A stretch of DNA of 43,888 bases, filler included, from Archaeoglobus sp. JdFR-37 (GTDB lineage Archaea > Halobacteriota > Archaeoglobi > Archaeoglobales > Archaeoglobaceae): assembly GCA_002010215.1 (NCBI GenBank). It is 8 parts of 8 records of this genome, joined end to end, with 100 filler letters (N's around TTAATTAATTAA, not from the genome) between each part and the next. Parts side by side here need not be neighbours in the genome. Positions count along the whole stretch, not along the records: positions 1 to 11,707 come from MTMY01000022.1; positions 11,808 to 17,353 come from MTMY01000043.1; positions 17,454 to 22,914 come from MTMY01000046.1; 5 more parts are not named here. One strand, given 5' to 3'. Below the pieces are notes generated by a model. That model was not told the DNA's origin. It worked only from the letters and a program-made list of their open reading frames with translations, and did not search any database. Position numbers and translations under genes: made by a program. Positions 8,857-19,035 of this stretch are shown here, piece after piece (within the stretch, counting starts at the first letter, position 1; each line of letters opens with the position of its first letter).

Positions 8857-10848
8857 ATGAGCAGGTCAAAGAAGGTGGAAGGGATAAACCACATTGCTGT
8901 TTTCGGAGCTGGCACCATGGGACATGGCATCGCTGAGCTGTGCGCAATAGTGGGATACAGCGTCACCATTGTTGATGTGAAAGATGAACTTCTCCAGAAA
9001 GCTGTGGAGAAAATTGGATGGAGTCTGAAAAAGCTGGAAAATAAAGGAAAGCTAAAAGAGAGCTATGAGTCGGTGATGAGCAGAATAAAGACGACCACTG
9101 ACGCTGAAGATGCCGTGAAGAACGCAGATTACGTCATTGAAGCCATAGTGGAGAGATTCGACATTAAGGCGGAACTCTTCAGGAAACTTGATAAGGCTGC
9201 CAAGTCGGAGTGCATCTTCGCCACCAATACATCAACGCTACCAATTTCCGAGCTTGCCGAAACAACTTCCAGGCCTGACAGATTTATCGGACTTCACTTC
9301 TTCAACCCTCCTACACTCATGCCGCTGGTTGAGATAATAAAGGGCAAGGAGACGAGCGGTGAAACGCTGGAGAAGACCAAGGAGCTGGCCAGAAGCTTGA
9401 GAAAGGACTTTGTTATCGTTAACAAAGACGTTCCGGGATTTCTTGTGAATAGAATAAATCTCCGAGTGTTCATGGAAGCAATTCGGATGGTTGAATGGGG
9501 TGAGGCGGAAGTTGAAGAGGTTGACGCTGCAGCGAAATATCGCCTTGGTATGCCAATGGGGGTGCTTGAGGTCGTTGACTTCAGCGGCGTGGATGTTGTT
9601 TATTACGCAAGTCAGGCCATGAAGGAGAGAGGCTTCAATTTTGTCCAGAGTGAGCTTCTGGAGAAGAAGTTTAAGGCCGGAGAGCTGGGAATGAAGAGCG
9701 GGAAAGGTTTCTACAGCTATCCTGGTGCGGGCTACTTCAGGCCAAAAATCAGGAGAAGTAAAGCCTACCGAATCTCACCCCTTAAGCTGATGGCCCCCGC
9801 CACAAATGAGGCTGCATGGCTCCTGAGAAATGGAATCGCAACGAAAGAAGACATCGAGAAGGCCATGAAGCTGGGAATGAACTACAGCAAAGGTCTGCTG
9901 GAGATGGCTGATGATTTTGGCATTGATAGAGTGGTGAAGGTTCTGAAAAAGAGGAGGGAGGAGACAGGTTACGATGAATATGAACCTGACCCCCTGCTCA
10001 AAGAGATGGTTAAAGCTGGAAAGCTGGGAAAGAAGAGCGGTGAGGGCTTCTATCAGTGGAAGCATGAAGTTGTTGACTTCGGGCCGGTGAGATACGAGAA
10101 GAGGCATGACCACGCTATTATCACAATGCGAAGGCCTGAGAAGCTGAATGCGCTGAACTCAGAACTCTGGACTGGACTTTTAAGAGCTCTTGAGAAGGCT
10201 GAAAGCGATGCTGACGTGAGGGCTGTAATCGTTACAGGAGAAGGGAGAGCATTTTCAGCGGGAGATGACATAGCAGAGATGTTCTCCTGGCAGGATCTGG
10301 CAGACGCCAGAGACTTCTTTGAAAAAATGGCGCTGCCGGTGGTGGAGAAGATAATAAACTTCGAGAAGCCAATCATCTCTGCGGTGAACGGAATTGCCTT
10401 TGGCGGAGGTATGGAGCTGAATTTGCTCTTTGACATAGTTGTTGCAAGTGATGAAGCCAATTTTGCCGTTCCCGAATCCCGAATCGGGGCTTTACCACCT
10501 ATAGCCTCAAGCCTCGGAGTTGCAGTGCTGGGCAAGCCGTTTATAGAGTGGGTACTGACAGGCGAAACAATTACCCCTGAAGAGGCAAAAGAACTCGGAA
10601 TTGTGAATGTAGTTGTACCTCCAGACCAGCTGGAAGATGCAGCAAGAGAATACGTTGATAAGATTGCGCTGTCAGCACCTCGCTCGATAACGTCGGTCAG
10701 AAAAATCATTGCAGAGATATACGGCATATACTCACCATCGTTCAAAGTGGCTATGAGGGAGATACTGCTTTCAACGCAGCTTGAAGACTTTAAAGTAGGA
10801 ATGAGAGCATTCTTGAAGAAAAGAAGACCTGAATGGAGGGGAAGATGA
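8857..10848 (+). CDS. 3-hydroxyacyl-CoA dehydrogenase / enoyl-CoA hydratase fusion
   Basis: GAGTMGHG, ATNTSTL, GLHFFNPP, a duplicated HAD C-terminal domain, then a crotonase domain (FSAGDD, GGGMEL, PE). Confidence 0.95.
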   Translation: MSRSKKVEGINHIAVFGAGTMGHGIAELCAIVGYSVTIVDVKDELLQKAVEKIGWSLKKLENKGKLKESYESVMSRIKTTTDAEDAVKNADYVIEAIVERFDIKAELFRKLDKAAKSECIFATNTSTLPISELAETTSRPDRFIGLHFFNPPTLMPLVEIIKGKETSGETLEKTKELARSLRKDFVIVNKDVPGFLVNRINLRVFMEAIRMVEWGEAEVEEVDAAAKYRLGMPMGVLEVVDFSGVDVVYYASQAMKERGFNFVQSELLEKKFKAGELGMKSGKGFYSYPGAGYFRPKIRRSKAYRISPLKLMAPATNEAAWLLRNGIATKEDIEKAMKLGMNYSKGLLEMADDFGIDRVVKVLKKRREETGYDEYEPDPLLKEMVKAGKLGKKSGEGFYQWKHEVVDFGPVRYEKRHDHAIITMRRPEKLNALNSELWTGLLRALEKAESDADVRAVIVTGEGRAFSAGDDIAEMFSWQDLADARDFFEKMALPVVEKIINFEKPIISAVNGIAFGGGMELNLLFDIVVASDEANFAVPESRIGALPPIASSLGVAVLGKPFIEWVLTGETITPEEAKELGIVNVVVPPDQLEDAAREYVDKIALSAPRSITSVRKIIAEIYGIYSPSFKVAMREILLSTQLEDFKVGMRAFLKKRRPEWRGR

Positions 10849-11707
10849 TGGATTTCTCGCTAAGCGAAGAGCACAGAATGCTCCAAGATGCTGTTAGGGA
10901 ATTCGCCGAGAAGGAGATAATGCCCTACGGAAAGGAGTACGATAAGAGGAAGGAGTACCCCTGGAATATTTTCAGAAAGGCTGCGAAGCTGGGCTTCATC
11001 GGAGCAGATATCCCTGAAGAATATGGAGGAGCGGGGATGGACTTCCTCAGCGTCGCAATCATTGCTCAGGAACTGACGAGGGCTGACAGCAATATTGGCT
11101 CAGCGGTAGCAGCGTCAACCCTTGGCTGCCCCATGCTCCGATACTTCGGAAGTGAGGAGCAGAAGGAGAAGTACCTGAGGGCGGTTGTTGAAGGCAAGAC
11201 GACTTCAGGCATAGCCATAACTGAGCCTGAAGCCGGAAGCGATGTTGATGCAATAAGGACGAAGGCTAAGAGAGTTGAAAGTGGCTGGGTTGTGAATGGG
11301 ACCAAGACTTTCATAACTAATGGCAGCATCTCAGACTGGATAATCCTTATTGCAAAAACTGCCGATGTTGAACCGGCACACAAGGGCATGTCCGCCTTTG
11401 TTGTGGAAACTTCTTGGGAGGGGTATGAGGCGAGGCCCATTGAGAAGATGGGGCTGCACTGCCACGACACCGCTGAGATTTTCCTGAAGAACGTTTTCAT
11501 CCCGGATGAAAACCTTGTTGGCAGGGAGAATAATGGTTTCTACCAGCTCATGCACTTTTTCAATGAAAGCAGGATTCTTATAGGGGCTATACAGCTTGGA
11601 ATGGCCATTGGAGCATACGAAAGAGCTCTGGAATATGCGAAGCAGCGAAAGGCATTTGGAAAGCCGCTTGCAGAACATCAGGCGATACAGTTCAAGTTGG
11701 CGGATAT
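10845..11707 (+). CDS. Acyl-CoA dehydrogenase, 3'-truncated by contig end
   Basis: MDFSLSEEH start, ITEPEAGSD, NGTKTFITNG and RKAFGKPLAEHQAIQFKLAD. Confidence 0.93.
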
Positions 11708-11807
11708 NNNNNNNNNNNNNNNNNNNNNNNNNNNNNNNNNNNNNNNNNNNNTTAATTAATTAANNNNNNNNNNNNNNNNNNNNNNNNNNNNNNNNNNNNN
11801 NNNNNNN
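11708..11807. other. Artificial contig linker; also at 17354..17453, 22915..23014, 28208..28307, 32374..32473, 36367..36466 and 40282..40381
   Basis: Identical N-run/TTAATTAATTAA/N-run cassette with stops in all six frames. Genes are truncated on both sides. Confidence 0.98.
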
Positions 11808-11923
11808 AATCCGAAAGTGGTTTTTCCCGTGCCCGGCTCACCTTTGATCAGGTAGCTCCAGCCTTTATCAAGTCCTCCTTTAAGGATTTGATCAAAACCG
11901 GGAATGCCAGTGGGGATCTTCAT
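11808..11923 (-). CDS. KaiC/RecA-superfamily ATPase, N-terminal fragment (truncated by contig end)
   Basis: Manual translation MKIPTGIPGFDQILKGGLDKGWSYLIKGEPGTGKTTFG, with Walker A GEPGTGKT. Confidence 0.85.
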
Positions 11924-11936
11924 GATGATGCCCCCT

Positions 11937-12349
11937 TATATTCAGCATAGTAATAACTTACAATTAAGGCTACGAATCCTCTCGGATTAAATTATTTTCG
12001 TTGCAATGGTCAGCAAAGCAACAATGGCCTCAAACCCCAGACTTTCCATAGCCTCCGACGTCTGGAAAAGAGACTTGACGCAAATCATTACTGCATTTAT
12101 TTCCTCATCGCTGGAGTACACCTTTCCATGCAAGCATACTATTTTTACCGTTCTCGATGACATTTCTCACTTCTTTATCAGCCACACTTTTCCAGAATCC
12201 ATCACTTGGTAATCAATGCCCCCTCGTCCTTCTTAAGGTCTCCCCTCTTTTCACGATATGAAACGCAATAATTGCTGTAAATTTCCTTGCCTCTCCTATA
12301 CTCGTCTGCAGATGTTTTCTGCAGCTATACAAGATCTCTATGCATCCAT
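11937..12349 (-). pseudogene. Probable degraded gene upstream of the KaiC-like ATPase
   Basis: An RBS and ATG are present, and coding-like segments (FWKSVADKEVRNVIE; KVYSSDEEINAVMICVKSLF) fall in shifting frames with stops. Family not recognised. Confidence 0.3.
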
Positions 12350-12435
12350 CTTTACCACCCGATACCACCATTAAATATTTGAAGTTTTTTAAATAAAAAA
12401 ATTAAAAAATTCTATCTGAAAACCCATTTAAAAAG

Positions 12436-13116
12436 TTATCTGCTTAGAACCATTGTCCTGAAGGCGTTTGCAGCTCTGGCAGTGTTATTTGCAATCTCTC
12501 CAAGCTGAATTACCAGTTCTCTGAGCAGGAGGGCATCCAGCAGATTCATGTTTTCTGCATTGTAGATTTTTCTGTGTAGCCTTATCTGAACTTTATCACA
12601 CTGATGCTCCAGCTCTTCTACTTGTGGAACGTGTTCCATTGCATCCTGAACCTCTTTTTTGGTGAATGAAGTTGCTATGAGTTTTGCAACGTGGTCAACC
12701 AGCTCTTCATACTTCATAACTGTCTCTTTGACCTTCTCCAGCAGCTCCATCAAATCTGCCCACATTTCATCGGGGATTGACATTTTCCGATACGTGATCA
12801 TGTGGGTTGTGTGCTCGCAATAATCAATTATGCTATCCTGGGGTTTCAAAAAATTAAGCAAATCCTGTCTGTCAACCGGGAGCATGAGGGATTTTGTGAC
12901 ATGTGTCCTTATCTCCTGTTTTAAAAGATCAGCCTGATATTCCAGGCCATCTATCTCCTTCTCAAGTTTCTTCACCCTCTCAAAGTCACCCTCCCTGTAA
13001 GCTTCAAACTGCTCCTTCAGCTTAACCACTGCCTGCCCGCACAGCTCAGCATGGCGATGCAAGGCGTCAAAGGGAGAGTATCCGAACACATCGGTTACGC
13101 TCCTTATGAACTTCAT
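12436..13116 (-). CDS. DUF47 / PhoU-like phosphate transport regulator
   Basis: Repeated E..AD and E..CD motifs, PVDRQDLL...QDSI. Coupled to the Pit gene. Confidence 0.9.
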   Translation of the reverse strand: MKFIRSVTDVFGYSPFDALHRHAELCGQAVVKLKEQFEAYREGDFERVKKLEKEIDGLEYQADLLKQEIRTHVTKSLMLPVDRQDLLNFLKPQDSIIDYCEHTTHMITYRKMSIPDEMWADLMELLEKVKETVMKYEELVDHVAKLIATSFTKKEVQDAMEHVPQVEELEHQCDKVQIRLHRKIYNAENMNLLDALLLRELVIQLGEIANNTARAANAFRTMVLSR

Positions 13117-14120
13117 ATCAGCACCACCATTACTGTGTAAATTGCGATAGTTAAACCTGCCGCCACTGGAACTGTGAGCAGCCAGGATGCTACTATCCTT
13201 CTCACCACCGAGAGATCAACGCTTGCTAGGCCCCCTGCCAGACCAACTCCAATTACGCTTCCAACCAAGGTGTGGGTTGTTGAGATGGGCATTCCCAAAG
13301 AGCTGGCGATGATAACTGTTGTTGCGGTGGCAAACTCAGCAGAGAAACCCCTTGTAGGTGTGAGCTCTGTTATCCTCTTTCCTACAGTTTCGATGACCCT
13401 GTAGCCCCAAGTTGCTATACCCACTGCAATCCCAATGCCTCCTAACACAAGAAGCCAAACTGGAGTTTCAACGCCAATGTAACCCAGAGCTGCCGCAACC
13501 GGAGCTATTGCATTCGCCACATCGTTGCTTCCATGGGCAAAGGCAACATAGCAAGCAGTACCAACCTGGAGATACCTAAAGACATGCTCCACCGCTTCAA
13601 CATCGAACTTCTCAAAAATAATCATTCGAATGAAGGTGAAGATTAGAAAAGCCATAAAAGCCCCAAATATAGGTGACACAATCCAGCTTGCTACAATTTT
13701 ATACATTACAGCCCAGTTGATGTTGTTCAGTGATATCAATCTCTGACTTGCAGTAGCCAGACCGAAACCGAGCATCGCTCCGACAGCAGAATGCGTGGTG
13801 GAGACAGGTAGATGGTAGTACGTGGCCAGAGTTATCCATAGACCGGCTGAGAGAATTGCTGAAAGAGCTCCTATCGCCACCAGTTCCGCTGGAAGAGATT
13901 CTATGGGCACAATTCCCTTAGCAATTGTGTGGGTCACTCTTTTCCCATAGAGGACAGCTCCAAGAAACTCCAAGATTCCGGCGATTATGATGATCTGCCT
14001 GAGAGTTAAAGCTTTGCTTCCATAGGATGTTGCCATGGAGTTTGCAGCATCGTTAGCCCCTATATTCCAAGCCATGTAGAGACCAACTGCCAGTGTGAAA
14101 ATTATCAGAAATGAAATCAT
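13113..14120 (-). CDS. pitA: Inorganic phosphate transporter, PiT family
   Basis: Signatures [25 protein letters not shown] and PISTTH. Confidence 0.93.
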   Translation of the reverse strand: MISFLIIFTLAVGLYMAWNIGANDAANSMATSYGSKALTLRQIIIIAGILEFLGAVLYGKRVTHTIAKGIVPIESLPAELVAIGALSAILSAGLWITLATYYHLPVSTTHSAVGAMLGFGLATASQRLISLNNINWAVMYKIVASWIVSPIFGAFMAFLIFTFIRMIIFEKFDVEAVEHVFRYLQVGTACYVAFAHGSNDVANAIAPVAAALGYIGVETPVWLLVLGGIGIAVGIATWGYRVIETVGKRITELTPTRGFSAEFATATTVIIASSLGMPISTTHTLVGSVIGVGLAGGLASVDLSVVRRIVASWLLTVPVAAGLTIAIYTVMVVLI

Positions 14121-14146
14121 GGGGTGTAAGGAGGGTCTTCATTATA

Positions 14147-16699
14147 TTACTTTTGCGAAATTTTCTCAATTTTTTCTCGATACCCCCTCAACGCTTTTTC
14201 AACCTCGACTGATATGAAAACTGCAAGGGATACAAGAACAACCATAAGCCACTCAAAAGCAGATAAAGGCTGCAATTTTAGGATTGTACCAAAAGCTGTG
14301 TTCGTTACAGTAATTTGTAAAGCCGCAATCAAAATGATGCCCAAGAGCAAAGCCTTATTCCTGAATCCCGTCTCTTTAATGCTTTTATCAATGTGTGCCG
14401 TCAGAAGGTACCAGGCTTCACAGGCGATTATTGCGTTCACAGCAACAGCCCTTTCTTTGCCTCCCAGCCAGAGAGCTGCATAGGCAATCAAAACTATCAG
14501 TATGGATACGTAAAGTATCCTTACCCCAATAGTTCTGTTGATAAGCTCACTTTTTGTGGGTTTCAGCTTTAAGAGATTGCCCTCCATGGGCTCGAATACA
14601 AGCGTAATCCCCAGAAGAACAGCAGTCACAGTATTTATCCACAGGATTTGAACAGGAAGGACAGGGAGCTGGAGGGCTAGCAGGAAAGCGGAAAGGACAA
14701 TGAAACCCTCTCCTCCATTGGTTGGAAGAGTCCAAGCAATGATTCTCTGTATCTTTCTGAATACGTTTCTACCCTCCTCCACAGCATCAACAATCGTTGA
14801 GAAGCTATCATCGAGTAGCACGATGTCTGCTGCCTCCTTTGCAGCATCACTTCCGCTACCCATAGCCACACCAACGTCAGCTCTTTTCAAAGCAGGGGCA
14901 TCGTTGATGCCATCGCCGGTAACAGCAACAACCTCACCAAACTCCTGAAATGCCTTGACGATCTCCAGCTTTTGCTCTGGAGATACTCTGGCGAATACAT
15001 TGTATTTCTTGATGGCGTCTTTAACGTCTATTTTTTCCAGTTCCCAGCCGGTGATGACATCTTCACCTATGCCGAGTTGTCTAGCAATGTAGAGAGCAGT
15101 GGCAGGATGGTCTCCGGTTACCATCACTACCCTTATTCCTGCCTCCCTGCACTTTTCCACACTCTCAATACTGTCTTCCCTAAGCGGGTCGATCAAGCAC
15201 TGGAAACCTAGAAAATCCAGATCTTCGAGGACAATTCCATTAAATTCCTCCACTTCCTTGCAAGCGAAAGCCAGAACCCTGATGCCTTGAGAGGCACAGA
15301 TTTCAGCAAATCCAGCCTGACCGTTGTAAGTCATATCCACAACCACTTCAGGGGAGCCTTTGACGTAAATTATGACCTTCTCATCCTTTCTCACAGCAAC
15401 AGCCATGAATTTCCGCTTTGAATCGAAGGGAATTTCATCAATCAACTCATAGCTCGGCGTTACACCCTCTCTGACGGCCACCTCAAGGAGGGCAACTTCA
15501 GTGGGATCTCCCAGAAATCTTACCTCCTCACTATCTCTTTTCTCGACAATCCCCTTGTTGCAGATGTATCCTGCCTCAAGAACTTTTCTCAAGTCTTCTT
15601 GGGTTTTTGCATCCACCTGAACACCATTAACGAAAATGCCCTTTTCGGTGACGGAATACGTTCTGTTTATCGTCTGAACGCTAACAACCCCCATTCTGTT
15701 TTGGGTAAGCGTCCCGGTTTTATCAGTACATATCACTGTCACACTGCCAAGGGTCTCAACTGCCGGTAATTTCCTGACCACTGCCCTCTTTTTGGCCATA
15801 TCTCTTACTCCCATTGCAAGGGACATTGTTATCAAAGCTGGCAGAGATTCTGGAATGATCGCAACCGCAAGACTGACAGATGCTAAGAATGTGAAGGCTG
15901 TGTCATAACCCCTAACAATCCCTATGGCGAAATTGAAGATGGATATCAAGATGACGAGAATGGAAAGCTGCTTACCGAACTTCTTAACCCTCTTAATCAT
16001 TGGTGTTTCAACCTTTACCTCCTCCTGAACGCTTCCGCTTATCTTTCCCAGCTCTGTGTCGCTTCCAGTTGCCACAATCACTGCAATGCCATTACCCTCA
16101 ACAACTAATGTTCCCGCATAAACCATGCATTTCCTGTCAGGTAATAGAGTATCAGCATCAACTGGCTCGGGTGTTTTATCTATAGGTTCAGATTCGCCAG
16201 TCAGCAGGGATTCATCCACTCTCAGGTTTGTGGAACGAATCAGTCTTGCATCAGCTGGAATTTTCATTCCGGGCTCTAGATAAATCACGTCCCCGGGAAC
16301 AAGAAAAGTGGAATCTACTTCCTTTACCGCTCCCCCTCTCCTGACTCTGGCATTTACCACCATCAGCTTTTTGAGGGCTTCAACAGTCTTTTCTGCTTTC
16401 CATTCCTGAATAAAGCCAACAGTGGCGTTTACAACTATCACAGCAAAGACTATCCACATCTCTATTATTTGTTCTAGATAAAATAGCACCAAAACCGAAA
16501 CCATCAGGATGTAAATGAGTGGATCGTTAAACTGCCGTAAAAAAACTGTTAAAGGGCTAGACTTTCCTCTTTCAGGAATTGTGTTATATCCGTAGATTTC
16601 AAGCCTTTTTTCAGCCTCAGCATCGCTCAGCCCATCAATTTTTGTTCTGAGATGGTGCAAAATCTCCTGCTGCGTTAAAGACCACCATGCACGTTCCAC
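14147..16699 (-). CDS. Cation-transporting P-type ATPase (type II, PacL-like)
   Basis: LTGES, DKTGTLT, KGSPE, MVTGDH and GDGINDAPAL. Confidence 0.95.
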   Translation of the reverse strand: MERAWWSLTQQEILHHLRTKIDGLSDAEAEKRLEIYGYNTIPERGKSSPLTVFLRQFNDPLIYILMVSVLVLFYLEQIIEMWIVFAVIVVNATVGFIQEWKAEKTVEALKKLMVVNARVRRGGAVKEVDSTFLVPGDVIYLEPGMKIPADARLIRSTNLRVDESLLTGESEPIDKTPEPVDADTLLPDRKCMVYAGTLVVEGNGIAVIVATGSDTELGKISGSVQEEVKVETPMIKRVKKFGKQLSILVILISIFNFAIGIVRGYDTAFTFLASVSLAVAIIPESLPALITMSLAMGVRDMAKKRAVVRKLPAVETLGSVTVICTDKTGTLTQNRMGVVSVQTINRTYSVTEKGIFVNGVQVDAKTQEDLRKVLEAGYICNKGIVEKRDSEEVRFLGDPTEVALLEVAVREGVTPSYELIDEIPFDSKRKFMAVAVRKDEKVIIYVKGSPEVVVDMTYNGQAGFAEICASQGIRVLAFACKEVEEFNGIVLEDLDFLGFQCLIDPLREDSIESVEKCREAGIRVVMVTGDHPATALYIARQLGIGEDVITGWELEKIDVKDAIKKYNVFARVSPEQKLEIVKAFQEFGEVVAVTGDGINDAPALKRADVGVAMGSGSDAAKEAADIVLLDDSFSTIVDAVEEGRNVFRKIQRIIAWTLPTNGGEGFIVLSAFLLALQLPVLPVQILWINTVTAVLLGITLVFEPMEGNLLKLKPTKSELINRTIGVRILYVSILIVLIAYAALWLGGKERAVAVNAIIACEAWYLLTAHIDKSIKETGFRNKALLLGIILIAALQITVTNTAFGTILKLQPLSAFEWLMVVLVSLAVFISVEVEKALRGYREKIEKISQK

Positions 16700-16798
16700 A
16701 TGTCAATTGGTGTGTCCACCCAATATAACCTTAAGGCGAGTTTAAGTTTTGAGTTCAGGAAACTAGTAATAGGCAATAACAGAGATAATCAATAAAAA

Positions 16799-17188
16799 TT
16801 AATCCGCCTTATCTGCCTCTAGAACTTCCTTTACTTTTTCAGGTATTTTCACCTTACTTCCTTTGTCAGGATCAATCCAAACCTGAATGGTTTTAGCCTC
16901 TATAGCAATTCTACCCGAGTTTTTCTCAGTAATTCGATAGCGGAATTCCCAGCTTGACTCACCAATGCTGCCAACCCACATCTCAACCACAGCTATTTCG
17001 CCTAGATATAGAGGTGCTAGGTAGTCTAACTCTGCCCTTCTCAGCACAAATGTTGGCTCATATCTCCCGAATCTGGACAGGAAATATTTAATTCGAGCAG
17101 TTTCCAGATATGTGGCGTAAACAGCACTGTTAACATGGCCCAGCATGTCGATGTCCCTGAACCTGATGTCCATCTCCATCCTGAACAT
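16799..17188 (-). CDS. Acyl-CoA thioesterase (4HBT/YbgC hotdog family)
   Basis: IRFRDIDMLGHVNSAVYATYLETAR. Confidence 0.9.
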   Translation of the reverse strand: MFRMEMDIRFRDIDMLGHVNSAVYATYLETARIKYFLSRFGRYEPTFVLRRAELDYLAPLYLGEIAVVEMWVGSIGESSWEFRYRITEKNSGRIAIEAKTIQVWIDPDKGSKVKIPEKVKEVLEADKAD

Positions 17189-17250
17189 ACTTGACAGCTT
17201 GGTTCATTTTATTTAAACTTTGTATTTTGGATCAGCATTCTTGGCTACCA

Positions 17251-17353
17251 TCACCTGAAATGCCCAATCACCTCATCTATCAGCGCATAGGAGCTTCTGA
17301 CCTTGCTGGCATCGCCGAAATAGGTCAGGTTCCAGATCACTATGTGCTCAACT
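17251..17353 (-). CDS. C-terminal fragment of a gene truncated by the contig end, possibly an LLM-class flavin/F420 oxidoreductase
   Basis: Manual translation VEHIVIWNLTYFGDASKVRSSYALIDEVIGHFR*. The family guess is tentative. Confidence 0.4.
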
Positions 17354-17453
17354 NNNNNNNNNNNNNNNNNNNNNNNNNNNNNNNNNNNNNNNNNNNNTTA
17401 ATTAATTAANNNNNNNNNNNNNNNNNNNNNNNNNNNNNNNNNNNNNNNNNNNN

Positions 17454-17745
17454 GCTCCCTGTCGTTGAATCTGAGCTAGGACTTGACAGATTTTATGAAT
17501 GAATAGGTGTAGCTACCTGTGTAATTCTCCTTCTCCATCACACTGATAAAGTCAAGAATCAGGTTTTTCAACGACCTGTCGTCCATGTTCAGCAGATCGT
17601 TTGGTTTGACACCCATTATTTCGCAAAATCTCCCCAGTCTCCTGAGGTTAACATCAGCAGTAGCCTCAGAACCTCTTGAGAGGTCCATATACCACCTTCT
17701 CGGATCGGGATCCTGCAACAGGTGTTCGTATCTGCTCCTTTGCAT
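17454..17745 (-). pseudogene. Archaeal tyrosine recombinase/integrase, N-terminal part with a nonsense codon
   Basis: RRWYMDLSRGSEATADVNLRRLGRFC...KSVKS*LRFNDRE. TAG at 17476..17478 sits where the family has Trp, and the frame continues beyond it. Confidence 0.75.
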
Positions 17746-17795
17746 GTTTCGATCTTTTTTATCAAATATTTAAAATTTTCAACCTGAACCAGTTT

Positions 17796-17820
17796 GGGTT
17801 CAAATCCCGGGCCCGTACCA
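17796..17820 (+). mobile_element. tRNA 3'-end remnant, putative att site
   Basis: GGGTTCAAATCCCGGGCCCGTACCA is a T-arm plus acceptor-like end with CCA. There is no tRNA 5' half, and it lies 50 bp from the integrase start. Confidence 0.65.
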
Positions 17821-17897
17821 CTTTTTAATGGTTATTTGGGGAATGGTACAAGTTAGTACAAGTATCAATCTCCGTTTCCGGTCAACTTTGCCATTCA

Positions 17898-18878
17898 TCA
17901 CTGCGGCGTGAAACAGCAGTATCCAATTTCGTCACATCTCCTCTTAATCTCATCCCATAGCTCTTCAGGTAGTGTTTGAACAGCCAGCGGATAGAGAATC
18001 CTGTCTTCCTTGTATATGTGTTTGGGAAGCTCCTCAACAATGTAATCTGCTAGTTTCTTGATCCTTCCGGTAAATTCAGAATACTCATAGCTCTCCCACT
18101 CCTTTGCAATGCGGTAAAGTTCCTTCTTCCTGGGCTTCAGCTCGTCATGCTCCTCCTTCATAATCTCAGGAGGCTCAACAATTCCATGCTCTTTCAGGGC
18201 GGGGAAAAGGACAGCTTCTTCCCTCTCGTGGTGCTTGTCTGCTTCAACGAGATGTTCGGCGATGTGCACAAGCAGTTCCAGCTCATCCTCCACCTCATCG
18301 AAGCTCTTTGCTGTGCTGATTCTCTCATTAACTTCTCTAAGCCTGTCAAGGAAGTTCAGGATCATCTTGTGCTCTTCCATCAGCGTGTGTATTGGATGTC
18401 CTGGCTCCAGCTCCATCTCAATCTCTTCAAGGTTTTCCCTCAAAATCTCTAGATGTACATCACAGAGCTTCCTCATCTCCTGACGTGACACGCCTTCCTG
18501 GATCATTTCCTGTTCTATGAGCGCAAGCTCTGCCGGCGATACACTTTTCAGCACATCCTTAGCTTCTTCTTTCAGCTCTTCAAGATCCTTAAGGCTTTTG
18601 AGGTCTCTCAAAAGCTTCTTCACCTTCTCCTTCTTTTCACCATTGCCGCTCAATTTCTTAATGGTGAATATCCACTCCTCCGGGCCCTGCTTTTCGTAAT
18701 TCCATTCAAACAGCCCGGCATATTCTGCACTGAACATATAGTAGAGGGGCTTGGGTTCATGATCGTTAATTATCCTGAGAACATCTCCCTCGCCTAAAGC
18801 ATTCCACATTTCCATTATTTTGCCATGCCTCTCAGGTGGCGGCAGATTTCTCAAATCTAGGGTTTTAATTTCACTCAT
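17898..18878 (-). CDS. DUF2249-DUF438-hemerythrin (HHE) fusion protein
   Basis: LDLRNLPPPERH...INDHEPKPL (DUF2249), LCDVH (DUF438), and GHPIHTLMEEH, HHEREE..LFP, EEH, HIYKED.ILYP (HHE). Confidence 0.85.
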   Translation of the reverse strand: MSEIKTLDLRNLPPPERHGKIMEMWNALGEGDVLRIINDHEPKPLYYMFSAEYAGLFEWNYEKQGPEEWIFTIKKLSGNGEKKEKVKKLLRDLKSLKDLEELKEEAKDVLKSVSPAELALIEQEMIQEGVSRQEMRKLCDVHLEILRENLEEIEMELEPGHPIHTLMEEHKMILNFLDRLREVNERISTAKSFDEVEDELELLVHIAEHLVEADKHHEREEAVLFPALKEHGIVEPPEIMKEEHDELKPRKKELYRIAKEWESYEYSEFTGRIKKLADYIVEELPKHIYKEDRILYPLAVQTLPEELWDEIKRRCDEIGYCCFTPQ

Positions 18879-19035
18879 ACTTTCACCTCAAAACTACTTG
18901 AACGAGGGGTTACTTAACAGTGTTCACTAAGATTTTCGGTTTTTAAATGGAATATCCATATTACCACTGCGTATGGTTACAACCGCAACTTTCAAGCCAT
19001 AACTTTAAAACTGAGGTTTTTCAAGGGTAAGGTGT

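Noticed and set aside
11708..11807. Recurrent TTAATTAATTAA palindrome within N runs
   Set aside because: Artificial contig linker. Adjacency across linkers carries no biological meaning.
17796..17820. Complete tRNA gene, or target of the spacer at 35132
   Set aside because: No D-arm or anticodon arm upstream. Similarity to the spacer is limited to the universal T-arm.
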